Positions 42,524-52,555 of a stretch of 64,000 bases of DNA are shown here, in pieces. The notes under the pieces were generated by a model that saw nothing but the letters and a program-made list of their open reading frames with translations, was not told where the DNA came from and did not search any database. The stretch spans positions 16,966 through 80,965 of the forward strand of contig CAVOHL010000012.1 of assembly GCA_963695665.1 (NCBI GenBank). Direction: 5' to 3'. Source of the DNA: an uncultured Alphaproteobacteria bacterium (GTDB lineage Bacteria > Pseudomonadota > Alphaproteobacteria > Rhizobiales > Xanthobacteraceae). The stretch's first letter is position 1. Each line of letters starts with the position of its first letter. The translations under genes and the position numbers were made by a program.

Positions 42524-43382
42524 TCAGGAGCCGGCGCGCAGGCGGCGGGGCGTGCGGCCCAATCGGCGCGACATCGTCGCCGTCAAATGCTGTTGCGACG
42601 AGAACCCGCAAGCGCAGGCGATCTCGGCGATCGAGGCATTGGAACGCTGCAACATGCTGCGCGCGCGCTCGATCCGCTTCTCGATGATCAGATTGTAGGG
42701 CGAGCGTCCGGTCCGGCGCTTGACCCCGTCATAGACCGCGCGCAGCGGCAGGTTCACTGCGACCGACAGTCCGGCGCAGGTGAGCTTGCCCTCGAGGTTT
42801 TCTTCGATGTAGTCGCAAAGCTTGGCGAATTCGTGGTCGGACAGCATGCCGCGCCGCGCCGCCATCGCGGTGTCGAGTTGGCGCATCGTTTCGACGTAAG
42901 TGCCGAGAGCGAGAAATTGAAGTTCGAGCGGCTGCAGCTTCTCCGGCCGGCGCAGCCGCTCGCGGACATAGCGCGCGAGAAACTTGATCGCGTCGTTGCG
43001 GATGTTGTTGCGGCTCCCGTCCGGCCGCAGTCCGGCGATGTTGCGATCGTCGAGCAGGCGCGTGGAAGTCTTCGCCATAATTGAAGGCGACGAAGCCGTG
43101 GCGCACCTCGTCGGCGCGGACCCGGACATTGCCGATACGCGGATGGAAGGCGGTGGATTCGTTCAAGAAAACGAGCGATCGCTCGTTGTCGTCTTCGAAC
43201 TTGGTGTTGCTGTTGATGTCGCCGAGCAGCAGACAGATGACGTCGGCGGTGTTGGAAAACTCGAGTGCGTACGGCTTCGGCCCGGCGATGCAATAACCGA
43301 CGCCATTCGTGTCGCCGCGGGTCGGGAATTGCTCAAGACCGCGAAACAGGTAGAGCCTGGCCGCCCTTGCGGCCAGCGCCAT
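42524..43382 (-). CDS. AraC family transcriptional regulator (one frame change near 43090)
   Basis: The C-terminal HTH pair ..LSVAVNLPLRAVYDGVKRRTGRSPYNLIIEKRIERARSMLQRSNASIAEIACACGFSSQQHLTATMSRRLGRTP.. is typical AraC. The N-terminal sensor part lies in the frame of ORF 42729..43418. Confidence 0.8.
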
Positions 43383-43624
43383 CGTGTTCCTCCCGAGGCA
43401 TCGCCGATACATCAACAAGACGCACCAAGCGGCGAGCGCCGAGCGTCCGCGTGGGATTCTGAATTACCGAGCGGACTTTATCGGGCTAGCGCATCGGGGC
43501 CTAAGCTGACAATCGCCATCTCGCGGTTTTGGCTCGCCTTTTCAGAATTCCATAAAATCAGGAAATTGAAAGATTGCGATCCGGACTGAGCGGCAATCTT
43601 CCCCAAGATCAGGGAGGCATCGCC

Positions 43625-45290
43625 ATGGCCACCATCGCTCGCAAATCTTCGGCACCGGCCCCGGCCAAGGGCAAATTCGACGGCGAGTTTGACGTCGTTG
43701 TCGTCGGCAGCGGCGTGGCGGGTTTGGCCACGGCGCTGTTCAGCCGCTGGCAAGGCAACACAGGTCTTGGTGCTCGAAAAGGCCTCGAAACTCGGCGGCA
43801 CGACCCGCAAGGCCGCCTTTTGGTACTGGGTGCCGAACAACGCCGCCATGCGAGCCGCCGGCACCAAGGATCCGAAGAAAGATTGCATCCGCTACATGGC
43901 GCGGCTGTCGCGCCCCGAAGTCTATAATGCCAAGGCGCCGAACTTCGGCATGCCGGAATGGGAATACTCGCAGTACGAAGCGATCTACGACAACGCCTCG
44001 ATCGCTACGGAGTTGCTGCGCGAAGAAGGGCGCGCTCGAATATCGCCACTGTGATTTCGTGCCCGATTATTGGGCGGAGCTTCCGGAAGACAAAGCGCCG
44101 AAAGGACGCGTCCTCCTGCCCAAGGACGCGCGAGAGACGATGTCGGATGGCGGCGAGGTTGCGATCCGGACCATGTCGGCCGCCGCCAAAAGCGACGGCG
44201 TCGATATTCGCGTCCGGCCATCGCGTACAGCGGGTGATCAGGAACCGCGCCGGCGAGATCATCGGCGTTGAAGCCGACACGGCAAAAGGCAAAAAGGTCC
44301 GCTTCTTCGCGCGCAAAGCCGTCGTGTTCTGCACCGGCGGCTTCACCCACAACGTCGAACTGCGAAAGAACTATCTCAGCGCGCCGGTCTATGGCGGGTG
44401 CGCCGCCAGAAGCAATGAGGGCGATTTCGTCTATGTCGCCAGCGCGCTCGGCGCGCAACTCCGCAACATGAATTACGCATGGATGTGCCCCATCGTCTTC
44501 GAGAAGGCGATCGCCAAGGATCCGGGCCTGATCGGAACGTTCTCGCCGTCGGGCGACTCGATGATCTATGTGAGCAAGGAAGGCCGCCGCGTCGCCAACG
44601 AGAAGCTCGCCTACAATGAGATGGCGCAAGTGTTCTTCCAGATGGGACGGAGCGCGCGGCGAGTATCCGAACCTGATGCTGATCGCGATTTGGGACCAAC
44701 GCAGCCAGGATCACAGCGCCAGCGACGAATATGGACGCTTCATCGTTCCTCCCGGCAAGGACGATGCGCATGTGATCAAAGGCGCCACGCTCGCCGCCTT
44801 GAGCGAGCGCGATCGCGCAGCGCTTGGCCCGCTACGAGAAGGTCACCGGCGGCCTGAAACTGGCGCCCGAGTTTGAAAAGACTCTGGCGGCGACCATTGA
44901 GCGTTTCAATGGCTTCGCCTCGGGCGGCAAGGATTTCGACTTCCACCGCGGCGAGCGTCAGGTCGAGCTTTTGTTCAACGGATCGGTCGCCCCTTCGCCG
45001 TCGGCGCCCAACCCGACGATGTATCCGATCTCCGATACCGGTCCGTACTACGCGGCGCTGCTCACCGGCGGGACACTCGACACCAAAGGCGGGCCGAAGA
45101 CCAATGTCTCCGGCCAAGTGCTTGACGATCAAGACAAGCCCATCGTCGGACTGTACGGAGTCGGCAACTGCGTCGCCTCCGCTTCGGCGCGCGCCTATTG
45201 GGCAGGCGGCGCCACCATCGGGCCAATCTTGGCTTTCTGCCATTTGGCCGCTGCCGCAGTACACAAAGAACGAAAAAGCGTGCTATATAG
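43625..45290 (+). CDS. FAD-dependent oxidoreductase (FAD_binding_2 / KstD-like flavoprotein), about 5 frame changes; 3' end uncertain
   Basis: GEFDVVVVGSGVAGLATAL dinucleotide motif, then ..LEKASKLGGTTRKAAFWYWVPNN.. and ..AVVFCTGGFTHN.. C-terminal ..PIVGLYGVGNCVASASARAYWAGGATIGPILAFCHLAA.. ATG 43625 is preceded by GGGAGG. Confidence 0.7.
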
Positions 45291-45355
45291 CGTTCCAACA
45301 AACGCGGCAGCGGCCGTGCGCTCGCGAGCTGGATCGGACCGAGGGAGGGAGATCG

Positions 45356-45820
45356 ATGGCGGTATCCAAACAAACTATGACCGACGAGCAACGAAAATCG
45401 GTCGTCATCGAATATCTCAAGGCCTTCGACAAAGCGGGAAAGACGTCCGACGGCGGCAGCATCCTCGATCTCTTCTCCGACGACGCGCAGGTCTATTTTC
45501 CGAAATGGGGCCTGGCCAACGGCAAGAAGGAAATCGGCCAGATGTTCGGCGATATCGGCAGCACGCTGAAGTCGATCCTGCACCATTACTCCCATTTCAA
45601 CTTCATCTTCTCCGGCAGCGACCTCGTCGTCTGCGAGGGCACCAGCGAAGGCGAGCATCGCGACGGGTCGTGGCGCGCCGGCGCGCCGGAGCATGGCGCC
45701 GGCCGCTGGTGCGACGTATTCGAGATTCGCGATTGGAAGATCCAGCGCTGCTTCATCTATCTCGATCCCGACTACGCCGGCAAAGACACCGCGCGGTATC
45801 CGTGGCTGAAGAACAAATGA
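45356..45820 (+). CDS. SnoaL-like / NTF2-fold protein
   Basis: Intact 154-aa reading (within ORF 44873..45820) starting at an ATG preceded by GAGGGAGGGAG. ..VVIEYLKAFDKAGKTSDGGSILDLFSDDAQVYFPKWG..RWCDVFEIRDWKIQRCFIYLDPDY.. resembles NTF2/SnoaL-fold proteins. Confidence 0.65.
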   Translation: MAVSKQTMTDEQRKSVVIEYLKAFDKAGKTSDGGSILDLFSDDAQVYFPKWGLANGKKEIGQMFGDIGSTLKSILHHYSHFNFIFSGSDLVVCEGTSEGEHRDGSWRAGAPEHGAGRWCDVFEIRDWKIQRCFIYLDPDYAGKDTARYPWLKNK

Positions 45821-45866
45821 ACATGCGGAAAGTCACTTCGTAACTGAGCTTCAAGGGAGGAAGACA

Positions 45867-47057
45867 ATGAAATGCGACCATAAGAGAATGCGTTATTGGG
45901 CCGTGCCGATCGTGGCAGCGGCCATGTTTGCGTTGGCGCCGCCGGCGCATGCGCGCGACGCCAAGGAACTGATGTTGAAGTCCGTGGGCACGACCGAGAA
46001 CGTATCGCCGGTCATCGCCGAAGCCATCAAGCACGCGGCGATGGACTTGACGCCCGAGCAGCGCAAGCTCGCGCTCGAATGCTGGAAGAACAATGTCTGC
46101 GAGACCGGGCACGGCAATCTCACGGTCGCCTATGCCGACGGCTTCGGCGAAAACGTCTGGCGCCAGGTCACCAAGATGGAATTCATCGCCCAGGCGCTGA
46201 CTTATCCGAGCATCAAGAAGATCGTCTACACCTCGGCCGGCGGCGACGCCACCAAGGCGATCTCCGACATGCGCGCTTACATCGCGCAGAAGGTCGATGT
46301 GATCGTGATCTTCGCCGATGCCGGGCCGGCGCTGCTGCCGACCGTCAAGGAGGCCACCGAGGCCGGCATCCTCGTCGTCCTGCACAACGGGACTTACGTC
46401 GGCGGCAAGCCGGGCAAGGATTTCGTCACCACCATCGCCGAGGATCTCTGTGCGCTCGGCACCGATTTCGTCAAGATGGTGCTGGAGAACTCCAAGAAGG
46501 ATCCGACGACGATCGTCGAGCTCGGCGGCACGCCGGGCAACGGGCTGAGCGCCGGCTGGCAGAAGTGCTCGGAAGAAGAGATCGCCAAGCACAAGAATCT
46601 GAAGCTTCTCGGCAAGGCCGACACCAACTGGACGCAGGAAGGCTCGTTCAAGGCGATGTCGGGCTTCCTGGCGCAGTATGGCAATGTCGACGCGGTTCTC
46701 TTCGAGTATGCCGACGGCTTCCGCGGCGGCCTGCGCGCTTACGACGCGGCGAAGAAGGCGCCCGACCTGATCGTGTCGCTGCGCACCGACGAGATGGGCG
46801 TGATCTGCGATTGGGAAAAGGCCAACGATCCGAACTTCAAGATCTTCTACTCCAACGGCCAGAACGATCAGGCGCGATTCGCTCTGACCGCGGCGATGAT
46901 GAAGAAGGAAGGCAAGGACGTTCCGCCCAGCGTCAACGTGCCGTTCAAGATGCATCGGGTCGTCAAGGGCCTGTGCAATCCGGCAATTCCTGAAAGCGCG
47001 TCGCTGACCACGCTGGTGGACAACGATATGATGAAGGAGATGTTCGCCAAGCCGTGA
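45867..47057 (+). CDS. ABC transporter periplasmic substrate-binding protein (type I, sugar-binding-like)
   Basis: Intact 396-aa ORF. Signal peptide ..AVPIVAAAMFALAPPAHA. ..VDVIVIFADAGPALLPTVKEATEAGILVV.. is typical of the ribose/xylose-type PBP fold. Confidence 0.8.
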   Translation: MKCDHKRMRYWAVPIVAAAMFALAPPAHARDAKELMLKSVGTTENVSPVIAEAIKHAAMDLTPEQRKLALECWKNNVCETGHGNLTVAYADGFGENVWRQVTKMEFIAQALTYPSIKKIVYTSAGGDATKAISDMRAYIAQKVDVIVIFADAGPALLPTVKEATEAGILVVLHNGTYVGGKPGKDFVTTIAEDLCALGTDFVKMVLENSKKDPTTIVELGGTPGNGLSAGWQKCSEEEIAKHKNLKLLGKADTNWTQEGSFKAMSGFLAQYGNVDAVLFEYADGFRGGLRAYDAAKKAPDLIVSLRTDEMGVICDWEKANDPNFKIFYSNGQNDQARFALTAAMMKKEGKDVPPSVNVPFKMHRVVKGLCNPAIPESASLTTLVDNDMMKEMFAKP

Positions 47058-47077
47058 AGTAACGGCGCGAATGCACA

Positions 47078-47115
47078 GGTCGGACGGGCGCGAGCCTAGC
47101 CGCGCCCGTCCGACC
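47078..47115. repeat. perfect 15-bp-stem GC hairpin (REP-like)
   Basis: GGTCGGACGGGCGCG-agcctagc-CGCGCCCGTCCGACC, 21 nt after the SBP stop codon. Confidence 0.8.
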
Positions 47116-47126
47116 ATGACGCTCAA

Positions 47127-47151
47127 GCGGGGACGGTGTTTCCCGCTTTTT
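47127..47151 (+). terminator. rho-independent terminator-like hairpin plus T5 (possible intra-operon attenuator)
   Basis: GCGGGGA-cggtgt-TTCCCGC (one G-T pair) followed by TTTTT. Lies between the SBP gene and the ABC ATPase gene. Confidence 0.55.
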
Positions 47152-47198
47152 CGTTCCACCTGTACAGTCGGGCCGGGCGAGCGTCTGGGTATGGCGTG

Positions 47199-48706
47199 AT
47201 GGCAGCTGCCTCGCTCGAACTCTCCGGCATCTCGAAGCGCTATCCGGGCGTGCAGGCGCTCAACGGCGTCGATTTCGAATGCCGGCCCGGCGAGATCCAC
47301 GCGGTGCTCGGCGAGAACGGCTCGGGCAAGAGCACGCTCCTCGGCATCGCCGGCGGCGCGGTTGTCGCCGACGAGGGCCGGGTGATGATCATGGGCCAGC
47401 CCCTCGTCGCCGCCGATCCGCTGCAGGCGCGGCAACTCGGCCTCGCCGTCGTCTATCAGGACGACTCGCTGGTGCGCGAGCTGACGGTCGCGGAGAATCT
47501 TCTGCTCGGGGCGGTCGATGCTCCGACGACCCTCGGCGGCAAACGCGAGTGGGCGCAAAAGCAGCTTGCTCCCTACGATCTGCGTATTTCGCCGGATACG
47601 CTGGTCGGACATTTGACCGCCTCGCAGCGCCAGTTCCTGGAGATCGTCAAGGCATTGGCCGCAAACCCAAAGGTCTTGCTTCTCGATGAACCGACGTCGA
47701 GCCTCGACATATCCGGCGTCGAAAAGCTGAGCGGCATCATCCGCCGCATCGTGGCCGCGGGCGCCGCGGTCGTCTATGTCAGCCACCGGCTGCCGGAGAT
47801 TCTCGCGCTCGCCGACCGGGTCACCATCCTGCGCGACGGCGAATGTCAGGGCACCTACGACGTCGGCGAAGGGCTTTCGGAAAACGATCTCATCGCGCTG
47901 ATGGTCGGACGCCCGATCGAAACCGAATACCCGGTCGGATCGGCGTTGGTGCCGACCGACATTGTACTGTCGTCGACCGGGTTGACCGGGTCGCGTTTCC
48001 AGGATGTCGCGTTTTTTGTTCGCCGCGGCGAGATCCTTGGATTTGCCGGTTCCGAGGGCAACGGACAGCGCGAGGCGCTGCGCGCGCTCGGCGGCTTCGA
48101 AGCGGCCGGCGGCCAGGTGCTTTGCGGCGGCCGGCCGGTCAAGCCGGGAACGCCGCGCGACGCTCTCGATGCCGGCGTCTTTTCGCTCAGCGCCGATCGG
48201 GCGGCGGAATCGATTTTTCCCGGACTTGGCGTGCGCGAGAATATGACCGTGCAGGTGCTTGAGGATTTCGCCAGCAGCGGCGTGATTTCCGCCCCGAAGG
48301 AGCGGGCCAGCGCGCTCTCGCTGATCGAAAAGCTGAGCATCGTCACGCCGGATCTCGATCAGCCGATCCGGGCGCTTTCCGGCGGCAATCAGCAGAAGAC
48401 GGTTCTGGCGCGCAGCTTTCTCTACAAGGCGAAAGCGGTTCTGATCGACGAGCCGACCCAAGGCGTCGATGCCAAGGCGCGCTTCGACATCTACCGCGCC
48501 ATCCGCGCCAAGGCCGACGAGGGGGTCGCCTGCGTGATCAATTCGTCCGATGCCATGGAATTGGCCGGCCTGTGCGACCGCGTGCTCGTGTTCTCGCGCG
48601 GGCGCGTGATCCGCGAGCTGCAGCGGCCGCGAAATCACCGAGGAGAGCATCGTCTCCTCGTTCCTGCGCTCAAAGGAAGTCGCGGCCACCGCCAAGGAGG
48701 AGGTCG
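47199..48706 (+). CDS. sugar-type ABC transporter ATP-binding protein, two NBDs (one frame change near 48630; no stop codon found before the permease)
   Basis: Walker A GENGSGKST, signature LTASQRQ, Walker B VLLLDEPTS, and a second-NBD signature LSGGNQQK with LIDEPTQGVD. The tail ..EITEESIVSSFLRSKEVAATAKEE.. is in a shifted frame. Confidence 0.85.
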
Positions 48707-49761
48707 ATGCGCCGCGGGCCGATTGGTGGTCGCTCGCCAATCTGCGCAAGCTTGCCGCCGGCGGCAGCCAGCAATGGTGGGTGCCGCTGCTTTTCCTGCT
48801 CGTGCTCACCCTCGCCGTCGGCTGCTACGCATCGTTTCGCACCGACGCGTTCCTCACTGCGCTCAACATCAAGCATATCTTGCTTGCCACGGCGCCGCTC
48901 GCCCTGGTCACCATGGCGCAGTTCAACGTGCTGATGGTGCGCGGGTTCGACGTTTCGGTCGGCGCGGTCATAAGCCTGACCGTCGTCATCGGCTCGTTTC
49001 TGATGGCGGAGGACATGAGTACCGGGCTGATCCTCTCCGGCGCGCTGGTCTGCCTTGCCGTTGGCGTCGTCGTGGGGCTGTCGAACGGTGCTTTGGTGCG
49101 CTATGTCGGCATCAACTCGGTGATCACCACCATCGCCATGCTCAGCGTGGTCCAGGGCATCGCGCTCTATCTGCGGCCGTCGCCGTTCGGCGTGATCAGC
49201 GAGGATTTCATCGATTTCTTCCAGACCCGGATCGGCTTCGTCCCGGTGTCCTTCTTCGTCATTCTCGCCGCCGCGGTCGCGGGCGACTTCTGGCTTTACC
49301 GCACGCGCAGCGGCCTCAAGCTGCGCGCGGTCGGATTTCGCGAGGAGGCCGCCAAGCGCAACGGCGTGAGGGTCGACTTCGTCCACATGCGCGCCTTCCT
49401 GCTCTCCGCCGTCATTGCGGTGCTCAGCGGCTTCTTCGTCGCCTCCGAAGTGGGCGTGGGAACGCCGATCATCGGTTCGAGCTATACGTTGACCAGTATC
49501 GCCGCGGCCGTCCTCGGCGGCGCGGCGCTGACCGGCGGTCGCGGCTCCTTCGTCGGCGGCCTTCTCGGCGCGCTGTTTTTCAGCCTTGTGGTCAACATCA
49601 TTACGCTGCTCGGGCTCAATACCGGCGCCGGCATCATGACCAGCGGGGCGCTGACGCTGTTCGCGGTCGCGCTTTACTCCGGCTTGACGCCGATACGCCG
49701 CGTTTGGGGGCACATCCGCGCCGCGCTCGAGCAATTGAATACCCCGATGCAAACGCCATGA
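48707..49761 (+). CDS. ABC transporter permease (frame change within the first ~6 codons)
   Basis: ATG 48707 is preceded by AAGGAGGAGG. After one frame correction it reads ..DWWSLANLRKL..WWVPLLFLLVLTLAVG..FLTALNIKHILLATAPLALVTMAQFNVLMVRGFDVSVGAV.. (ORF 48781..49761 frame). Confidence 0.8.
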
Positions 49762-49815
49762 GCGATTCCGCCGACACCTAATGCGGCGCTGGGATCCGCA
49801 TCACGCGCGGGGCCA

Positions 49816-50785
49816 TTGCAGATGCGCTTCACGGCGATCTGGTTCGCGATGATCGGGCTGATCGTGGTCTGCGCCATCATCGTTCCCCGCAGCCTGCTTC
49901 CGTCGACGTTTCTCGCCATCATCCCGTTGGCGGCGTTTCTCGGCATCGCCGCCATTGGCGAGACCCTCGTCCTGATGGCGCGCGGCATCGACCTGTCGAT
50001 CCCGGCGGTGGTCACGCTGTCGAGCACGATCGTGCTCGGCGTCTCCGGCCGGCAACGACGACGCCATCTTCACCGCCGTGCTGGCGGCGCTGTTCTTCGC
50101 CACCCTGATCGGGCTCATCAACGGCTTCCTGGTCGCGGTGCTCGAGCTCAACGCGCTGATCGTCACGCTCGCGGTCGGCGCGATCACCACCGGCGCAACG
50201 CTGTGGTACCGCGACTCGCTCCCGCAGGAATCGCGGGTGCCTCCCGGCATGGCGGCGTGGGGAGATGCGCGGTTTCTCGGCATCAACTATTCGGTATGGG
50301 TTCTCGCCGCCGTGGCGATCATCCTCAATCTCATCCTGCGCAAGACCACGATCGGCCGGCACTTCGCCGCGGTCGGCGCCAACCCCAGGGCGGCCTGGAT
50401 CGCCGGCATCAATGTCGCCGCCTACCAGACGGCGGCCTTCACCGTCGCGGCCTTTCTCTACGGCATCGCCGGAATTCTCGTCTCGGCGTTCATCCGCAAC
50501 CCGACGCTGAAGGTCGGCGAGCCCTATCTGCTGGCGCCGATTGCCGCCGCCGTTCTCGGCGGAACGGCCATGTCCGGGGGCATCGGCAGCATGATCGCGG
50601 TCGCCGGAGCGGCGCTGTTTCTCACCCAGCTCGGCCAAATGCTGGTCATGCTCGGCCTCTCTTCGGCGCTCCAATTCGTCATCGAGGGGATCGCGATCGC
50701 GCTGGGCATGGCGCTATCGCGGATCAGCTTCTCGCAATGGGCCGCCCTCGTAACGGGAGCGTTTGGCACGGCCTCGTGCCGGTAG
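49816..50785 (+). CDS. ABC transporter permease (one frame change near 50050)
   Basis: ..FLGIAAIGETLVLMARGIDLSIPAVVTLSS.. joins ..LIGLINGFLVAVLELNALIVTLAVGAI..FAAVGANPRAAWIAGINV.. Confidence 0.8.
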
Positions 50786-51348
50786 CACGTGATCAGATGG
50801 TCGTTGACCATGCCGACCGCCTGCATGAAGGCGTAGACGATGGTCGGTCCGCAAAACTTGAAGCCGCGCTGCGCCAGCTCCTTCGACATCGCGCGCGATG
50901 TCGCCGTGTCCGCCGGAATCTGCCGGATGCTGCGGAAGCGGTTGACCTTGGGTTTGCCGTCGAGGAAATCCCAAAGGAGCTTGGAGAAGCCGGGGCCTTT
51001 CTCCATCACCTCGATCCAGGCGCGCGCCGAGGCGACCGTGCCCTCGATCTTGGCGCGGTTGCGCACGATGCCGGCGTCCTGCATCAGCCGCTCGATCTTG
51101 GCCGGCCGGTAACGCGCGATCTTTTCCGGAACGAAATCGTCGAAGGCGCGGCGAAAGTTCTCGCGCTTGCGCAGGATGGTGATCCACGACAGGCCGGCCT
51201 GGAAGCCGTCGAGCACGAGCTTTTCGTAGAGCGCCCGGTCGTCATATTCCGGCACGCCCCATTCGTCGTCGTGATAGGCGACGTAGAGCGGGTCGTCCTT
51301 CGGCCAGGGGCAGCGCACCGGCGCTTCGGCGGAGCGGGCGGCGCTCAT
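50524..51348 (-). CDS. tag: DNA-3-methyladenine glycosylase I
   Basis: ..CPWPKDDPLYVAYHDDEWGVPEYDDRALYEKLVLDGFQAGLSWITILRKRENFR..FKFCGPTIVYAFMQAVGMVNDHLITCYRH.. Family homology ends near 50766. The ORF then runs ~80 more codons, antisense to the permease. Confidence 0.8.
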   Translation of the reverse strand: MSAARSAEAPVRCPWPKDDPLYVAYHDDEWGVPEYDDRALYEKLVLDGFQAGLSWITILRKRENFRRAFDDFVPEKIARYRPAKIERLMQDAGIVRNRAKIEGTVASARAWIEVMEKGPGFSKLLWDFLDGKPKVNRFRSIRQIPADTATSRAMSKELAQRGFKFCGPTIVYAFMQAVGMVNDHLITCYRHEAVPNAPVTRAAHCEKLIRDSAMPSAIAIPSMTNWSAEERPSMTSIWPSWVRNSAAPATAIMLPMPPDMAVPPRTAAAIGASR

Positions 51349-52239
51349 TCGGCGGCCTCGGAGTCGCCGGGAAAGGGAAATCGCGCCCAGTCCGGCTTGA
51401 CCAGATCGATCGGCGCGCCGCCGGCAAGGAGCGGCTCGCCGTGCGACAGCGCCTCCGCCGCCCGGTCGAGCCGCAGCAGCGCGAGGCCGCGACCGCCGGC
51501 CGCCGAGCCCATGGTGCCGAGCTGGCGCTCGCCGGCGGTGATCGCGGCGCCGGCCGGCGGGGCGGCGCCGCGGTAGCGCACCGGCACGGCGCGCGTGCGG
51601 GCAATGCCGCGGTGCTCGATGCGCGAGACCACTTCCTGACCGATATAGCAGCCCTTGGCGAAATCGATGCCGCCGAGCTGATCCATGTCGGCTTCATGCG
51701 GGAAGGCGTCGCCATAGCTGAAATCGACACCGCCCTGCGGGATGCCGAGCGCGATGCGGTGGGCCGTCGTATTCGCTCGCGTCGACCAGAGCGGCGCCGA
51801 GCGCGGCGGCAACGTCGGCGGCGCGATGCGGCGGCAGTCATGACCCGCAGCCCGAGCGCCGGCAGGCGCGGATCGGGGTAGGAGAGGCCGATGCGCTGCC
51901 GCGCCTTCGCCATCCCAGGCGGCAACGACGCCGAGGACGTCCGACAGATCCTCGGCGATCACCCGCGACCGCAGCTTGTAGAGGTTGAGCTTGGCGACGA
52001 GCACGGTTGCGAGCGCGCGCGGAAGGTCGAGGAAAAAGCCGCCGCCATCTTGCGGCCGGCGCTTCGACGACAATGAAATCGGCAATGATCTTGCCTTGCG
52101 GCGAGAGGAGCGCGCCGAACCGCGCCGCCCCCGGCGTCAGCTTGAGGACGTCGGCGCTGATGAGGCCATGGAGAAAGTTCCGCGCGTCGTCGCCGGCGAC
52201 CTTGACCACGCCGCGGTCCGGCAGAAGGGCAGCCTTCAT
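51345..52239 (-). CDS. ygfZ: folate-binding protein YgfZ (about 3 frame changes)
   Basis: MKAALLPDRGVVKVAGDDARNFLHGLISADV..GALLSPQGKIIADF.. / ..LYKLRSRV.. / ..EADMDQLGGIDFAKGCYIGQEVVSRIEHRG.. (KGCYxGQE motif). Confidence 0.75.
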
Positions 52240-52555
52240 CCGAGCTTTCCTGGCATGGCGCAAAGCTAGGGTGCCTGCCGGTTCCCCTCAAGGGTTTGGA
52301 CTCGCCTAGGAGCAAATGTCGCCCCGGGCCGCGAAAAGACTGTGATTTTGCTGGCGCGACGACTTGACGCCTGCCTGCGCCCTATCGCAAGTTGCAATTT
52401 ATACCCGTCTTGCGGGAACTCCGGGGAATTCCTCAAGGCCGGGCCGAGTTGAGTTCATTCGGGGGCGTCGACGGCGGCCCGTCCGGCCGCCGTGTGTCGG
52501 ACTTCCATTCATTCATCATCGCCGCATCACGCGCGCGCGCTCAGGGAGCGAGCGC

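Noticed and set aside
45753-48809. A 1018-aa ORF on the minus strand, the longest in the track.
   Set aside because: It lies antisense to the well-supported SBP and ABC ATPase genes. Its Arg/Ala/Gly/Asp-rich translation has no motifs. Long stop-free antisense frames are expected at this GC content.
47136-49781. An 881-aa ORF suggesting a giant ATPase fusion protein.
   Set aside because: Beyond ~48630 this frame is out of phase with both the ATPase tail and the permease and translates to Arg-rich nonsense. The real products are the ATPase (to ~48700) and the permease (frame of ORF 48781..49761).
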